Source: an uncultured Gemmatimonadales bacterium (GTDB lineage Bacteria > Gemmatimonadota > Gemmatimonadetes > Gemmatimonadales > GWC2-71-9). From it: a stretch of DNA of 64,000 bases. A program made the position numbers and the translations under genes. The stretch's first letter is position 1; every line of letters starts with the position of its first letter. The notes below the pieces were generated by a model that was not told the DNA's origin, did not search any database, and saw nothing but the letters and a program-made list of their open reading frames with translations. The stretch spans positions 190,442-254,441 of the forward strand of contig CAVSQW010000002.1 of assembly GCA_963730185.1 (NCBI GenBank), written 5' to 3'. Shown piece after piece: positions 61,114-64,000 of this stretch.

Positions 61114-63386
61114 ATGACGGCGACCGACCTCACCCTCGCGCTCAATCCGGAGCAGCGGGAGGCGGCCGAGCATCTCACCGGGCCGATGCTGGTGCTGGCG
61201 GGAGCCGGCTCCGGGAAGACCCGGGTGCTGACCACCCGGATCGCGATGCTGATCGAGCGGCACGGCGTCGCAGCCGACCGGATCTTCGCGGTCACCTTCA
61301 CCAACCGGGCGGCCGGCGAGATGAAGGAACGGATCCGGGGAATGCTCGACCGCGATCCGACCGGTCTCTGGATCGGGACCTTCCACAGCCTCTCGGCCCG
61401 GCTCCTCCGCCGGGAGGCCGAGCGGATCGGCTTCTCCCGTCAGTTCACGATCTACGACGAGGACGACCGGCTCTCGCTGATCAAGCGGATCATGGATCAG
61501 CGCGACCACCCGACCAAGCTCTTCCCGCCCAAGCTGGTTCAGAGCGATCATTTCCGGCGCCAAGAACCGGATGCAGACGGTCGCCGACCTCGCCGCCTCG
61601 AGCAGCGATCCGCTCACTCGGGTGGCGGCGGACGTGTTCGCGGCCATGACCGCCGCGCTCAAGACCCAGAACGCGATGGACTTCGACGACCTGATGCTCC
61701 ATCCCCTGAAGCTCTTCCACGAGCATCCGGACGTCCTGGACCGCTACCGGCGGAAGTTCGCGTTCGTGCTGGTCGACGAGTTCCAGGACACCAACCGGGC
61801 CCAGTACCAGCTGGTCAAGTTGCTGGGCTCGCACGGCAACGTGTTCGTGGTGGGCGACGACGACCAGTCGATCTACGCCTGGCGGGGCGCCGAAGTTCGG
61901 AACATGCGCGACTTCCAGCGCGACTTCGGCGGGTCGAAGATGGTCCGGCTGGAGGAGAATTACCGGAGCACTCAGGTGGTGCTCGACGCGGCCAATGCGG
62001 CGATTGCCCCGAACGCGGGCCGGATCGGCAAGACGCTTCGGACCCGCCGGAAGGGCGGCGAGCCGGTTGACCGTGCTGGGCGCGGCCGACGAGCGGGACG
62101 AGGCCGAATGGATCGTCGGCGAGCTGGCCGCCCGGCGGTCCTCCGGCGACTTCACGGCCGGCCAGATGGCGGTCCTCTACCGGACCAACTCGCAGTCGCG
62201 GGCCCTGGAAGAGGCCTGCCGGCGGGCCGGGATGCCGTACCGGATCGTCGGGTCGGTGAGCTTCTACGACCGGCGCGAAGTGAAGGACCTGCTGGCCTAT
62301 CTCCGGCTCCTCGCCAACCCCGCCGACGACGAGGCCTTCCTCCGGGCGGTGGCGGTGCCCCGTCGCGGGATCGGCGCGACCAGCCTGGAAGTGCTCCGGG
62401 GGGCCGCGGGGGCCTGGGACAAGCCGCTTCTCGAGACGGCGGCGATGGGCGACCGGATTCAAGGCCTCCGACCCAACGTCCGCGAGGCGTTCGGCCGGTT
62501 CGGCACCCTGCTCGAGACCCTCCGCCAGCAAGTGGGGATGGCGCAGCCGGCCGAGGTACTCGGCGCGGTGATCGAGGCGATCAACTACGAGCGGCTTCTC
62601 CTCGACGAGGGACCCGAGGGACGGGATCGCTGGGACAACGTTCGCGAACTGGTGGCGGCCGCGGCCGGCTGGAGCGAAGTCGTGACCGACGAGGAAGGCA
62701 CCCCGCTGGAGCGGTTCCTGGCCGAGGCGGCGCTGCTCTCGTCGCACGACACCCAGGAGGGCGACGAGGCGGGGGTGACGCTGATGACGATGCACACCGC
62801 CAAGGGGCTCGAGTGGCCGTTGGTGGTGGTGGCGGGTCTCGAGGACGGGCTCTTCCCGCTCTCCCGCGCCGTCGAGACCGAGGAGGGCCTCGAGGAGGAG
62901 CGGCGGCTCTTCTACGTGGCCCTCACCCGGGCCAAGGACAAGCTCTACCTGACCCACGCGCGCTCGCGGCGTCGGGGCGGGGAGATCCTCCCCAGCATGC
63001 CGTCGCGGTTCCTGGAGACCTTGCCGCCCGGGCTGGTCGACGAGCGCCGGACGTCGTCGCTCTTCGCGCCCAGTTGGTCGGGCGGGTCCCGGAGCGGTGG
63101 CCGGCGCTCGACGGGCTGGCGGCCGGCCGACCGAACGCCCAGCTTCGGGCGGGCGCCGATGGAGCCGCCACCGCGGATTCCGGAGGAGGAGCTCTCTCAG
63201 GACGCCCCTCGCTACGTGAAGGGCGAGCGGGTCAGGCACCGGCGGTTCGGGAGCGGCACCATTCAGGGGTTGGCCGGCACCGGCCGGGATCTCAAGGTGA
63301 GCGTCGCGTTCGACGACGCCGAGGTGGGGACCAAGCAGCTTCTGGTGGCGTACGCCGGCCTGGAGCGGGAGTGGGAGGGGGCATGA
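61114..63386 (+). CDS. uvrD: UvrD/PcrA helicase; 2 apparent +1 frameshifts (~61547, ~62069)
   Basis: AGAGSGKT, VDEFQDTN, VGDDDQSIY, LEENYRS, HTAKGLE, EERRLFYVALTRA, Tudor-like C-terminus. Confidence 0.93.
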
Positions 63387-63682
63387 AGATCACGACCGAC
63401 GATGTCCGCCACGTCGCGAAGCTGGCGGAGCTCGAGGTCCCGGACGCCGACCTGGACCGGCTGACCCGGGAGCTCGACGGGATCGTCGCCTACGTCGGCC
63501 TGCTGACCGAGCTCGGCGAGGCCGACCGGGGCACCACCTTCGTGCCCGGCCCCCAGGCGGCGCCGCTCCGCCCCGACGAGGTCCGCCCGGTGCCGCTGGC
63601 CCGGGGCCCGGCCGACTTCGGGCCGGACGTGCGGGCGGGCCTCTTCGTGGTGCCCCGCCTGTCGGGCATGGAGGGCGAATGA
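63383..63682 (+). CDS. gatC: Asp/Glu-tRNA amidotransferase subunit C
   Basis: MKITTDDVRHVAKLAEL...LRPDEV...FVVPR. Confidence 0.92.
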   Translation: MKITTDDVRHVAKLAELEVPDADLDRLTRELDGIVAYVGLLTELGEADRGTTFVPGPQAAPLRPDEVRPVPLARGPADFGPDVRAGLFVVPRLSGMEGE

Positions 63683-64000
63683 GCCTCGAGGCGGTGGCCC
63701 TCGAGACCGTCCGCCGGCTCGATCAGGCCCGTCACCTGAACGCCGCCCTCGCGTGGTCCCAGGGAGGCGCTGCTCGAGGAGGCCGCCCGGGCCGAGGCCA
63801 CCCCGGCCGACGCGACCCTCCGCGGCCTGCCGGTCGCCGTCAAGGACAACATCGTCACCGTCGAGCAGCCGACCACCTGCGGCTCGCGGATTCTCGAGGG
63901 CTACCGCTCGCCCTACGACGCCACCGCCATCGTCCGGCTCCGCGAAGCCGGCGGCCTGGTGGCCTGCAAGGCGAACATGGACGAGTTCGCCATGGGTCCT
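63679..64000 (+). CDS. gatA: Amidotransferase subunit A (partial; +1 frameshift ~63762)
   Basis: [29 protein letters not shown]; follows gatC. Confidence 0.9.
   Translation, partial: MSLEAVALETVRRLDQARHLNAALAWSQGGAARGGRPGRGHPGRRDPPRPAGRRQGQHRHRRAADHLRLADSRGLPLALRRHRHRPAPRSRRPGGLQGEHGRVRHGS

Noticed and set aside
61571..63682. Apparent UvrD-GatC fusion ORF
   Set aside because: Frameshift artefact; gatC starts at its own ATG at 63383

Overview
GC-rich bacterial chromosomal segment, mostly core genes. Gene content and order suggest Gemmatimonadota (inference only). The left ~21 kb is more accessory: long-form nagB, an oxidoreductase, an esterase, csp, katG divergent from a Fur/PerR regulator with a Fur-type box, PhzF, a CheB-CheR-hybrid kinase fusion, an SBP56-like lipoprotein next to an ECF sigma/Ser-Thr kinase pair, and a His-repeat membrane protein. 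The rest holds topA, a MASE1 hybrid kinase, tRNA-Ser(GGA), msrPQ, pyrRBC, rpsT, a long run scpAB-rluB-moxR/bat-mutL-miaA-bshA-uppP-birA, CIRCE-groESL, a roadblock/manC/glmU-like/MBL operon, serS, uvrD and gatCA. I saw no CRISPR array, prophage or transposase. Most notable: (i) two related ~140-160 bp intergenic elements built of degenerate 7-mer repeats arranged as G-rich/C-rich inverted arms; (ii) a secreted PHM/SURNod19-like putative copper enzyme divergent from a DUF1207-like barrel; (iii) a beta-barrel-NlpC/P60 fusion; (iv) the ECF/kinase/SBP56 module. nagB, groEL, uvrD, gatA and topA carry indels, many looking like two synonymous alleles both retained, which points to a mixed-strain assembly artefact rather than real pseudogenes. 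All family calls are from motif recognition by eye, not database searches.
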